DNA of 64,000 nt from Octopus sinensis (Eukaryota): assembly GCF_006345805.1 (NCBI RefSeq), contig NC_043014.1, positions 1,674,001 through 1,738,000 on the forward strand, in the 5' to 3' direction. Numbering within the stretch: position 1 is the stretch's first letter; each line of letters begins with the position of its first letter. A program made the translations under genes and the position numbers. This document shows, piece after piece, positions 23,345 to 36,139 of the stretch. The notes beneath the pieces are model-generated. The model was not told the origin of the DNA. It was given only the letters and a program-made list of their open reading frames with translations, and did no database searches.

Positions 23345-26300
23345 ATAAATGGTGAAGTTGTGTTGACTGCACGTGGAGAAATGATAGGCAAGGAAAAATT
23401 ATAAAAAGGCAGAATGCTAAATTGAAGGTAAATTTTAATGAAAATGGGTGTATGGAAAATTTTGAAAAATTAATAAAATATATATCTATATGCCTTTTTA
23501 TAATTTGTCCTTGCCTATATATATATATATATTGATTGATGAATGTATCAAATGTCTCCCAAATTGCTGTACATAGTTCCAGACTTCAAAGCAAACTTCA
23601 CAGCAAGTTGTTTGTTCACTAAAGTTAAAAGTACTACTAACATTTGAACCATACACTGAAATATTTCTGTTGCACTTTCAAAGAAAGAATAACACCGTTT
23701 CCGTGCAAGAGGGCTGAGAATGAGAGCTCACAGAGCTGAGTTTGAATATCCTTTCCTGACTGTCATTGCTGTCAGTCATACAACAGCATACATAGCGCTG
23801 TATTTATTTAGTGCTTTAGCATTAACCACCTGACCCATATTAAACTAGGTTAACCATTAGAACAATACTGTTGTAGATGTTGCTTCCTGGAGAGACAAAG
23901 CCATCACAGCAGCAACGGGAAGGACATTGGTGTTTGCAGTTGTAGCATTTTAACCATAAGTGAGAGAATACTTACTGCAGGATTGGAAGCACTAAATTCT
24001 GACCTTGGATGAGGTTGAAAATTTATCAGCAAATGTCTGAAGCGATTTACATGGAACAAGGACTGGAAAAGAAGAAATATGAAGGAGATATTTTAAAGCA
24101 ATAGCCACAACAACAACAAACTGCTTACAGACAACAGAGAATCTTTCAATTGAGTCAACCTTGAATAAATGACTGCTATCTGCTTTATCAAGCATGGGTA
24201 GATGTAAAGTTGATGCTAACAGAAACTAAACACCACATCAACAGGTACTATGATCAACTTTTTATTTTTTGTATCCTATTTGATTTACATTGAGAGATAA
24301 CAGATCTAGTTTTATGGACGTGTGGTAAGAATGCAGCAGGAGAAAATTGCAAGACGGATTCTTCAAGTGATGCCAACCAACAAGAGACCTAGGGGTACAT
24401 CATGAGCAAGATGGTTGGATAATATCCATAAACCCAGTTGATCAGACAAAAATATTGCAGCAGAGTTTAATTAGAGTTTTTTTCTAATATGACCTTACGG
24501 AGGAGGTGTCTGACGACTCTAAACCTACAACACTTCCAGGGTTAGGGTTAGGGTTATAGCTGTCCTATTTTGTAGATACTGTGCATTAAGGAGTAAAAAT
24601 ATATTCACTATTTCCCAGTCTACCAACAGAGGATCAGTTTAACATACAATGGAAAAGTTACATAATTAGTAATTATCCAATAATTATGACAAATATTAAT
24701 TACAGATAAAAGTGCTCTAGTACTCTGCTGAACGTTTTTTTTTTTAATTAATGAGAGAGGGATTTCTGCCAACCAAACTTTAGCAGTAAAATCATTACTA
24801 TTATTTCCTCAAATATTAATTTGGTATACAAATTGGGGGACTAAATGTTCTAAACCAGAACTAAACTCATTTGTACTGTGTAATTGCAGAACCAATCTAA
24901 AACATTTGTTATGAAGTCATACAGCTTTATTCTTGCCATACAGTGAGCTGATGGTAGTTAATAGTCACCTTGAATGGACACTAGTGAGTACAGATGGTAA
25001 CTACTGAGACATGATCCCTAATAGGGATCCAAGGAGTTGAGTTAAAATTACTAGAAAATAATATATTTCTTTATTGCCCACAAGGGGCTAAACATAGAGA
25101 GGACAAACAAGGACAAAGGGATTAAGTCGATTACAACGACCCCAGTGCGAAACTGGTACTTTATTTATCGACCCCGAAAGGATGAAAGGCAAAGTCGACC
25201 TCAGCGGAATTTGAACTCAGAACGTAGCGGCAGACGAAATACCGCTAAGCATTTCACCCGACGTGCTAACGATTCTGCCAGCTCGCCGCCTTAGAAAATA
25301 ATGTATTTTCAAGCACAAAGCCATGCATGTATTGATTGTTAACTCTGTAACTAACTCTCTCTCTCTCTCTCTCTCTCTGTACTGACCTATGGTCAACACT
25401 AATTCGTAGCAATATACTAGCAGTTCTTACCTGTATCAAAGCACTAAACCAGCATGTATTACCAACATTCTTTAGTCCTACAGGACACCAGTTCTCCCGT
25501 TCACGTAAATGAGGATTCAAAGGGTCAACAAACCAAAGATCACTCCGTTTCCGCTTGGTTCCAGATTTGCTTTCTGCTAAACTGGCTTCAAGAACTCTGA
25601 GAAATTGGATGGAAAAAAAAAAAAAAAAGACATAGCAGAAAGTCTAAACATTCACACAGTGAAATAAAACAGATATACTGGTTCAATTAGTATTTTTGTC
25701 ATTAAAAATTCATTTTTTTTTTTCCCAGAAAGACATTACCAAAGCCATATGAAAATACCAAAATTCAAGAAAAAAGACGTCAGAGGAGGTAAAGTAGTGC
25801 TCATGAACTTTTTACAGGACCTCCAAGACTAGCAAGAGAACACAGAGAAGATGTTAGCATCTTCAACATGGATGCCTGGTCCTAAAGTTTCCAACAGAGT
25901 GAAAGTCATTAACGAAGGACATGGTGGTAGTGTTGGTGTTAGATTAATGACTCATAAGACTTGTAAGAGCGACCGTCATTAAAGGTAGCCAAGAACCAGA
26001 CAAAGGTAGTAGTGGTGATGGATTGAAGATGCACCATATTTTATAGTTATGTTACTGGTTTCAGAAAAAGTTATTAAGATCAACATCAGACTTCAGTAAC
26101 ACTTTCTTTACAGACAGGTTGCTGACCTCACCATTTTGCATCTCTGATTAACAACTTCAGAAGAAACATCATCATCATCATCATCATCATCGTTTAGCGT
26201 CCGCTTTCCATGCTAGCATGGGTTGGACGGTTCAACTGGGGTCTGGGAAGCCAGAAGGCTGCACCAGGCCCAGTCTGATCTGGCAGTGTTTCTACGGCTG

Positions 26301-26696
26301 GATGCCCTTCCTAACACCAACCACTCTGTGAGTGTAGTGGGTGCTTTTTACGTGCCACCGGCACAGTTGCCAGACGAGGCTGGCTAACGGCCACGATTGG
26401 ATGGTTCGCTTACGTGTCACCGGCACGGGGGCCAGGCGAGGCTGGCAGCTTCAGATGTTTGTCATTGCTACAATCTAACTCAATTATGTCAAAACCGCAA
26501 AAGCCACAAGATAAAACTGGCCTTAGGAAACAATGATCTAAGAAGAAGGAAAAAGTTTCAAAATATTTTTACCGGCTGATGTCCTGTTCTTCGCGAGTAA
26601 CTTGACCACCCAACATTCCAGTGGAATCTTGCAAGCTGGCAGCAATTGCTTTCCGAATCTCTTCAGTCTCGTAACCATCTGCAGCAGCCTGAGGCT

Positions 26697-26727
<31 letters not shown>

Positions 26728-29700
26728 TTGTTGCTGCTGTTGCTTATCATTAGTTAGATCTATAACTAGAAATATTTAGGTCCTCAGAAACCCATAACAA
26801 GCACAAAAGGAACAGCAACACAATACAAAAAAAAAGGGCATACAAACACACACAAAACAAAAGTATTTATTCCAAGAACCACATGTCACTCCCTAATAAA
26901 CCATCATCATCATCATTTAACGTCCGCCTTCCATGCTAGCATGGGTTGGACGGTTCAACTGGGGTCTGGGAAGCCCGAAGGCTGCATCAAGCCCAGTCTG
27001 ATCTGGCAGAGTTTCTACAGCTGGATGCCCTTCCTAACGCCAACCACTCCGTGAGTGTAGTGGGTGCTTTTTATGTGCCACCGACACAGGTGCCAGGCGA
27101 GGCTGGCACGGCCACGCTCGGATGGTGTTTTTTACGTGCCACCGGCACGGAGGCCAGTTGAGGCTGGCACGGCCATGATCGGATGGTGTTTGTTATGTGC
27201 CAAATTCCATTGATGTTCATCGATTTTGATTTGATTTGATTTGATTTTCACTTGCCTCAACAGGTCTTCACAAGTAGAGTTATGTGTCCCAAGAAGGAAG
27301 GTATGCACAGGTGGACTGACTACGTCCCACTTAATTTTAAAATATCTCCTTTATACCAAATTCTAGGTCACCATCTCACAGCTCTTTTCCTTCGAAGAAA
27401 TAAATATTTCATCCCTGACCAGATACATACTCTCTCAAATTGAAACCTCAATGTGGAGTACCACATAGCTCCCGAGATGGCACACAGCCACCAGTCATCC
27501 CTGACATTTTATAAGACAGCTCACCTGAAAAGATCACAAATTAAAACTCACTATTTAACCTATTAATGTGTAACATTTAATTAAAAAACTATATTTAAAT
27601 ATTTCTTAATGCCAACCACTCCCAGTACCCTCTGCAAAGTGGTCGACACTAAGAAGGGCATCTAGCCATAGAAACCATACCAAGACAGACAAAGCCTGGT
27701 GCAGCTCTCAAGCTTGTCAGCTCCTGTCAACCTATCCAACCCACGCCAGAATGGAGAACAGATGCTAAATAATGATGATGATGATGATGATGACTATTAT
27801 ATAATTTTCTAGCTGTCCTACTTTGTAGATGCTGTCCATTATGAAGTTAAAAATATATTCACTATTCCCCAGTCTACCAACAGTTTAACATACAATGGAA
27901 AAGTTACATAATTAGCAATTATCATCAAATAATTATGACAAATATTAATTACAGATAAAAGTGTTCTAGTACTCTGCTGAACGTTTTTTTTTGTTTAGTC
28001 TGGTAGACTGATGTATAGTGTGGTCTCTCTTAGACAAGTAGAGTTGAAGGACTGACCAGAAGTATCAATACTTAAACTGACAACAGCATACTTATATTTC
28101 TGCAGGCTCATGTCTGTGGAGAAAATATTGGCAGGGATGGAATTCCAAAATATTTTGCTGAAGTATTTGGAACAAGATATAATTGAAATGATGAAATAAG
28201 TAGAAATGAGTGACACAAATTAACATAGCTGGTACATAACTGGTTCCCTCTACAACTGAGAGTGAAAGAGAGAACAATACAAGCTGAGAGAAAAGAGCCG
28301 TACCACCAACCATAAGCTCTTCTCCAGGTCACAGAATAATCACACATTTAGATATTGCCACCAAGCATTTATCACGGACTATGGCTTAAATATGTTAACA
28401 GTATAAAATATATGTTTCTTTATTACCCACAAGGGGCTAAACATAGAGGGGACAAACAAGGACAGACAAATGAATTAAGTCGGTTACATCGACCCCAGTG
28501 CGTAACTGGTACTTAATTTATCGAGCCCGAAAGGATGAAAGGCAAAGTCGACCTCGGCGGAATTCGAACTCAGAACATAACAGCAGACGAAATACAGCTA
28601 CGCATTTCGCCCAGCGTGCTAACGGTTCTGCCAGCTCGCCGCCTTAATTTCCCCCCCACCCAGCTGGACGGAACGCCAGTCCATCGCAGCGTTACTCAAG
28701 AAACAGGAAGAGAGAGTGAGAGAAAGCTGTGGCGAAAGAGTACAACAGGGGGCGCCACCACCCCCTACTGGAGCCTCGTGGAGCTTTTAGGTGTTTTCGC
28801 TCAATAAACACACAACGCCTGGTCTGGGAATCAAAACCGCGATCCTCCGACTGCGAGTCCGCTGCCCTAAACACTGGGCCATTGCGCCTCCACAGTGTAA
28901 TATATATTTAATAAAAGACACAGACAAACACACACACACACACACAATATTCTCTAAACTGTGACAAAACAATTTCAATTCTGAATTCTGCTAGAAGAGA
29001 AAACATATGTTAGATACATTACAAAGACAAACATCTCATTGAAAACAACATGTAATTTAAGAGTTGTTCACCTTTCTGATTTTCCTTGGCATCACATGGA
29101 GTATTACAATGGGTTTGGGGTAGATCTTGAGAAGGATTGTTGGAGACCTGGCAGCAAAAACAGAAGAAACAGATTAATTTACCGATATTTTCAGGTTGTT
29201 GCTTAATCCCAAGTGAACAGACGGAGTGGACCTACAAACAAAGGTAATGAGGACAACACTATCAAATGTGAGATTTAAGGGCGATTTGACTACTATTTCT
29301 AGGTAGTCAAACCACACAGAGAATCCCTCTTGTATTGTTGAGTGAATCTGCATCAGCCTGGCTCAGAAATATTGGCTGAGAGGCTTTTAAGATGGTACTT
29401 TACCTTATTGTTGGGGTTCGCCAGGACAAACAAACCCCCCACATCTTCTTAGGATCTCACCTTCTGCTACATTATCCAGTGTGTCCCTTAATCGAAACAG
29501 CATGGTGTGATATGAGGTAGATTTAGCTTTTATTTCTAGCAGGCTGAGCAACATTGTAGAGGCTCTGTAGTTTAATTGTAATAAATAAGGAAAGAGGTAT
29601 ATTCCTTCAATCAACTCTCAGCGTTAGGGTCTGCTAGAATGTTTGGGCCCTAATGGGGCAAGGGACTACAGTAAGGGTTACAGTACAAAAGTGTACTGTA

Positions 29701-30907
29701 TGAAGGGAATTCAGTTGTTAAAAATAGTTGCTTTTTTTTTTTAGTGTTTAAAATATTCCATTTTACAAGCTACATTGGCACAAGGTAAGAAAATGAAAAA
29801 TATTTATAAAAACAATTTCTTGAAAGAAAACAAAGAATTAAGGTCTGGTGACTAGAACAAATAGATGGGATAGGAAAACAATGTCGTTATTCAGAGCCTA
29901 GGCATCAGGTATCTTTACAAAGTTTAACTATGCTTTAGATAGATATCTGAAATAATTACATTGTATTCTGAGCTGTCTTGAACAAGCATGGTAACGACAT
30001 CTTCAATATTGTATTTTCCATCTTTGTTACAACATGCCCTGATTGCTTTTGTTATCACCTTGATGTCATCAATTCCAGTTACTTCTTTAATCTGAGACAA
30101 GGCCGACTCCTCTTTGTTCCTCTGAAACAAGACACAGGGAAAAGAAACCATCAGAACAAATATCCAGAAAATATAACGACAGCTTTAAAATGTGCCAACA
30201 ATTAGCTTTAGAAGTAAAACACATCGCAATACATAATGGTTTCAATGGCACATGGCCAGCAACAGCATTGACCCCCCAATGCTTATCTGGTATTTATTTT
30301 ATCAACTCTGAAAGGATGAAAGGCAAGGGTCAATCTCGGCAGAATTTGAACTCAGAAAGTAAGGCCAGAAAAAAATGTCGCCAAGCATTTTCTCCGATGT
30401 GCTAACCATTCTGCTGGCTTGATGCATTCATGCCAAAAATACAGAAATATGTAACGTTACTACAGCTACGGTATACAGCTCCTCCTTGTGTCCTTATCTT
30501 AGTCACCAGACTGGTTAGTTTGTAGTTTGCTATAAGAACAAACATTGAAAAGAAAGCAAAAATCTGTCATTTGCAAAAAGAAACAACTCTTTCCAGACAA
30601 GTCTTTTCAATCAATAGAATCTTTGTAAACCTGGCATTTTTTGTTTCCAAACAACTTCAGTCAATACCAAAATCAGTGCCAATTAGACATGAAAAGCAGA
30701 ACCAAAGAACTGACTAACAAAGGAGTCAGAGATTATTTTTAGATAAATTCATCAATAGAGAAACATCTGAAATAGAAGACTTATATAATGGGTTACATTC
30801 CTCTCTTTAGGTACCGACAGAGTTCTTTATAAAAATAGAATAGAATTAAGAGACATGCCTGGACATGATAAACCATCGGTGAACCAAGTGCATAGATTTC
30901 AGGCATT

Positions 30908-30946
<39 letters not shown>

Positions 30947-33900
30947 GGTAGAACTACCCGGTTTTGAGTTCTATTTCCCTGCATAGTAGCCTGGGGAAAT
31001 GTCTTCTACTGGAACTTCAAGCCAACTGATGCCCTGTGAATAGAATTCATCATCATCATTATTATTATTAACCTCTAGGGAATACAGCCTTGAATCCTAG
31101 GACATATAGGGTTGGTTACCCAGTTTCTGCGGCATATAATTATTGACTGAGAACACACTTCCCCTGAATGGGAAACCGATCTTCAACAGGGTCACTCGTT
31201 TGCAGAAACAAAGCACATTAAGTCGGTATTTCCTCTTAACAAATCATCTTGAAGTTCTGTTTTGAAAGACGATGAATAAAAAAGAAAACCAGGATATTAA
31301 AAGCGAGTAAAGGTTAGTGATAGGAAGGGCATCTGGTCGTAAAACATTTCTGTGGCAAGTATTCATCCAACCCATTGCTAGAATGAAAAAAATGCCAAAC
31401 AAATGAATTAAAAGGAAGAGTAGACAGGGTGGGGGGATAAAGTATTAAAAGAAACCATACAAACAACATCCATAAATAAATTAAAAAAAAAAAAGAGATG
31501 AGGCATTAAATCATAGATTGGGAGGGTGAGAGAGATTCTAATCCATGAATAAAGTCAGATGATTCAACAAGGATGTGAGATTAATATTGAAGACAGCCAT
31601 TGTGGATGTTGCTGACAACAGGAGATGGTTTCAAGTGGGCAAATCTTTGCTGTGCTCTCCTCTCTTAAACAAGACACTCATTACTCCCACCATGTTGTCT
31701 TCCTCCTCCAGACATATGCATAGCAGCTTTGTCACATGTTCTTCTCATTCCACACCAAATCTAAATTTGGTTTTTAGGACGGAGAGCAGAAACTTTCTAA
31801 AATACAAATACAAATCAAATATATATAGGCGCAGGAGTGGCTGTGTGGTAAGTAGCTTGCCTACCGACCACATGGTTCCGGGTTCAGTCCCACTGCGTGG
31901 CATCTTAGGCAAGTGTCTTCTGCCATAGCCCCGGGCCGACCAATGCCTTGTGAGTGGATTTGGTAGACGGAAACTGAAAGAAGCCTGTCGTATATATGTA
32001 TGTATGTGTGTGTGTGTATATGTTTGTGTGTCTGTGTTTGTCCCTCTAGCATTGCTTGACGACCGATGATGGTGTGTTTACGTCCCCATCACTTAGCAGT
32101 TCGGCAAAAGAGATCGATAGAATAAGTACTGGGCTTACAAAGAATAAGTCGATTTGCTCAAATGACTGAAACAAGTAAAAGAGTAAAGAGTAAATGAAAC
32201 TAAATTCTTCTAAACCAACCTCCTCGATAACCCAACTCTAGGGGAGTTTCAGCAACAGACTAATTCCTCCTCTTCCTCTTAGAAAACCAGGTTACATTTT
32301 TCAAGCATCTCTTGTAAACTTCTCCTCTTGAGGAAGTGTGCTTAGATAGAATCTGTTCTTTCCCATTTCCATACCAAAGATTTCCAGTTAGAGAAAAGGA
32401 AGAGAGATTCTGGACAACAAAATATTCAACTGAAAATTCCTCTAATCATCATCATCATCATTTAACGTCCGCTTTCCATGCTAGCATGGGTTGGACGGTT
32501 CAACTGGGGTCTGGGGAGCCCGAAGGCTGCACCAGGCCAGTCAGATCTGGCAGTGTTTCTACAGCTGGATGCCCTTCCTAATGCCAACCACTCCGAGAGT
32601 GTAGTGGGTGATTTTATGTGCCACCGACACAGGTGCCAGACGAGGCTGGCGAACGGCCACGCTCGGATGGTGTTTTTATGTGCCACCGACACAGGTGCCA
32701 GACAAGGCTAGCAGACGACCACGCTCGGATGGTGTTTTTTTATGTGCCATCGACACAGGAGCCAGATGAGGCTGGCGAATTCTTATTCTACACTGGAACA
32801 GCCATCACTCACTCACTCTCTCTCATACAAATACACGGTTTTGGAGTCAATACACAAAGTATATACAAAGTGTGGAGGTGCAATGGCCCACTGGTTAGGG
32901 CAGCAGACTCGCAGTCGTAGGATCGCAGTTTCGATTCCCAGACCAGGCTTTGTGAGTGTTTGTTGAGCGAAAACACCTAAAGCTCCACGAGGCACTGGCA
33001 GGACGTGGTGGTGAACCCTGCTGGATTCTTTCACCACAACTTTCTCTCACTCTTTCTTCTTGTTTCTGTTGTACCTGTATTTCCAAGGGTCAGCCTTGTC
33101 ACACTGTGTCACACTGAATCTCCCTGAGAACTACGTTAAGGGTACACATGTCTGTGGAGTGCTCAGCCACTTGCACGTTTATGAGCTGCTACGTCACTGG
33201 TGCCAAGCTGTATCGGCCCCTTTGCCTTTCCCTTGGATAACATCGGTAGCGTGGAGAGGGGAGGTCGGTATGCATGGGTGACTGCTGGTCTTCCATAAAC
33301 AACCCTGCTCAGACTTCTGCCTCGGAGGGTGATTTTCTAGGTGCAATCCCATGGTCATTCATGACCGAAGGGGGGTCACAACAACAATACCTAGTATTCA
33401 ACTCGAACTCCCCAATTGATGATCCTGCTGATTCCCAGCACCCAAGTTGAAAGCCTCCCGACTTGTAATCAAATCTTTTAAGACACACAAGGCTAATGTA
33501 TCACCAAGTAACTTTTCAGTCCTGTTAAAGTTTAGATTTACAAGCTAAGACTATATTGGTCTTGGGCCTTGTTTTTTTAGATTATATGGTTATAAAGAGT
33601 TTAAAAATTAAAAGGAGCAGTTTTTATCAAAAGGCTAAAAAATAAAGATATAAAAGAAATGAACTTTGAAAATACTATAAAAGAAAACTGAACATTTAAA
33701 TGATTGTCTTTTTAATAGAAATAAACTCAAATCCCTAATTGCTCATTTTTGAGATTAGACCATCATCATCATCATCGTTTAACGTCTGCTTTCCATGCTA
33801 GCATGGGTTGGACGGTTCAACTGGGGTCTGGGAAGCCCGAAGGCTGCACCAGGCCAGTCAGATCTGGCAGTGTTTCTACAGCTGGATGCCCTTTTTAACG

Positions 33901-36094
33901 CCAACCACTCCTAACGCCAACCAATGTTAAAATATAAACTGAAGTGAATATAAGACAAACACTTCCTAACTGGGGGCTTGGCCTAAATGCAACACAGTGG
34001 ACTCTGTTACCAAAGGCACCCAAGAAACAGAAAGTATCAAAAAGATGAAGTTAAATAGTGTGACATAATTTTATTAGTTAACTTGAATTATTTAAGGCAA
34101 CTCATTATCTCGTAATTAATTAACGAGAGGGTGGAAAGACAAATAACAATGATGAGAGAACAATGCCTATAAATGGAAATACTGAAGAGGATACAGCCAG
34201 AGTCATTAACAATGATGATGATGATGGAAGTAAGATGTGACTGTGGTAATTACAGTAAAAAATAGAGATGATGACACAATGACGAAATGATATTATGAGG
34301 ATCTAAATTGACAAACAGAAGTGTTGACTCCTTGAAAACTGTTCCAAATACTGAATATTTATTAACCAGCTTAGATTACATTCAATTTACCATAAGAGGT
34401 TTCAAAAGCTAGGATGGATCAAGTTCTGAACTGGTAGTGTTAAGTAGATAAGAAGTAAGAATTGTTGTCTTCTGAAAGGGTTTCGCCACAGGAATTCCCA
34501 TCAAGAATTTTGCAAATCAAGTACAAAAACGAGGTAAATATTCCCCTGAATAAAATTTAAGGCCACAACAGTGAATTCATTTTTAACTTTTCATCTACTT
34601 CAGAGACAAGACTGAACTGTTAAATGATTTACTCTTTACTCTTTTACTTGTTTCAGTCATTTGACTGCGGCCATGCTGGAGCACCGCCTTTAATTGAGCA
34701 ACTCGACCCCGGGACTTATTCTTTTGTAATCCCAGTACTTATTCTATCGGTCTCTTTTGCCGAACCGCTAAGTAACAGGGACATAAACACACCAGCATCG
34801 GTTGTCAAGCAATGCTAGGGGACAAACATAGACACAAACACACACACGCATATATATATATACACATATATACGACAGGCTTCTTTCAGTTTCCGTCTAC
34901 CAAATCCACTCACAAGGCTTTGGTTGGCCCGAGGCTATAGTAGAAGACACTTGCCCAAGGTGCCACTGAACCCGGAACCATGTGGTTGGTAGACAAGCTA
35001 CTTACCACACAGCCACTCCTGGGAACAATTTTTAATAAGATCATTAAGTCTCGTGTTTTTAAGGGAATAGAATTGAGCCTAAAATGCAGACTGGCTTTAG
35101 CAAGAAAACCTAACAACATAGGGAAGTAGATTGAATGTTCTGTAACACATAGCACAAAACTAAATGATTCTAAATTCAATCTGATTGGTATCAACACTCT
35201 TTAATAAACAACAAGACTGGTACATTGGTGAGGCTGACACTCCACCTACAGGAAATAAAGAGAACTAAGAACAAAACACAAACCATGAAAAGTTTGTTGA
35301 TGCACAATGATGCCCACCACCCAATACAGACACCACAACCACATTCCTAGCAGCAGCACCATTATTTATGAACAGACTCCATGGCGGTATGGCTTAACCA
35401 AGTCTGCCAGACCATACTTGGCAACAAACCAAATAAGAATAAGCATTGAGGAATAGAAATGAAATAGGTCAGGCTTCATCGCATAATGATCAGGTGTGGG
35501 AGATAACCGAGTCTGAAGAGACAGGCGCATTTACCTGCTTCTGTGAGACTTAGATGTCGTTCCGAGCAACAGCTGAGAGGGTCAGCCATTGGATGTGGCT
35601 GAAATGTAATTATGGCTGGAGAGATGATGGTCCTAAAATGGACTTGCAGTTGAATAGTCAGTCAAAACAATAGGTGGGGGCCTCACATCAGAGACGGGGC
35701 GAGAGGGGGTGTTGTAAAGCCCTCAAAATGAAGGCCCCAAAACAGTGCACTGTCTCTCTTGATGACCCCTGAAACCTACTGGCATCCATTATGCTGAGTT
35801 TTCAATTCACTGGACTTGCACAAGCTAGCTGTTTCCAAGTCTCATTGGAAAATAAGTCTCACACACACACACACAATAATATTAAGAACATATATAGTGT
35901 TCTCATATATAGGCGCAGGAGTGGCTGTGTGGTAAGTAGCTTGCTAACCAACCACATGGTTGCGGGTTCAGTCCCACTGCGTGGCATCTTGGGCAAGTGT
36001 CTTCTGCTATAGCCCCGGACCGACCAAAGCCTTGTGAGTGGATTTGATAGACGGAAACTGAAAGAAGCCTGTCGTATATATGTATGTATATATG

Positions 36095-36139
<45 letters not shown>

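Noticed and set aside
24538-24556. TTAGGG telomeric repeats after an RTE fragment
   Set aside because: Only two full units; too short to call an interstitial telomere or healing event.
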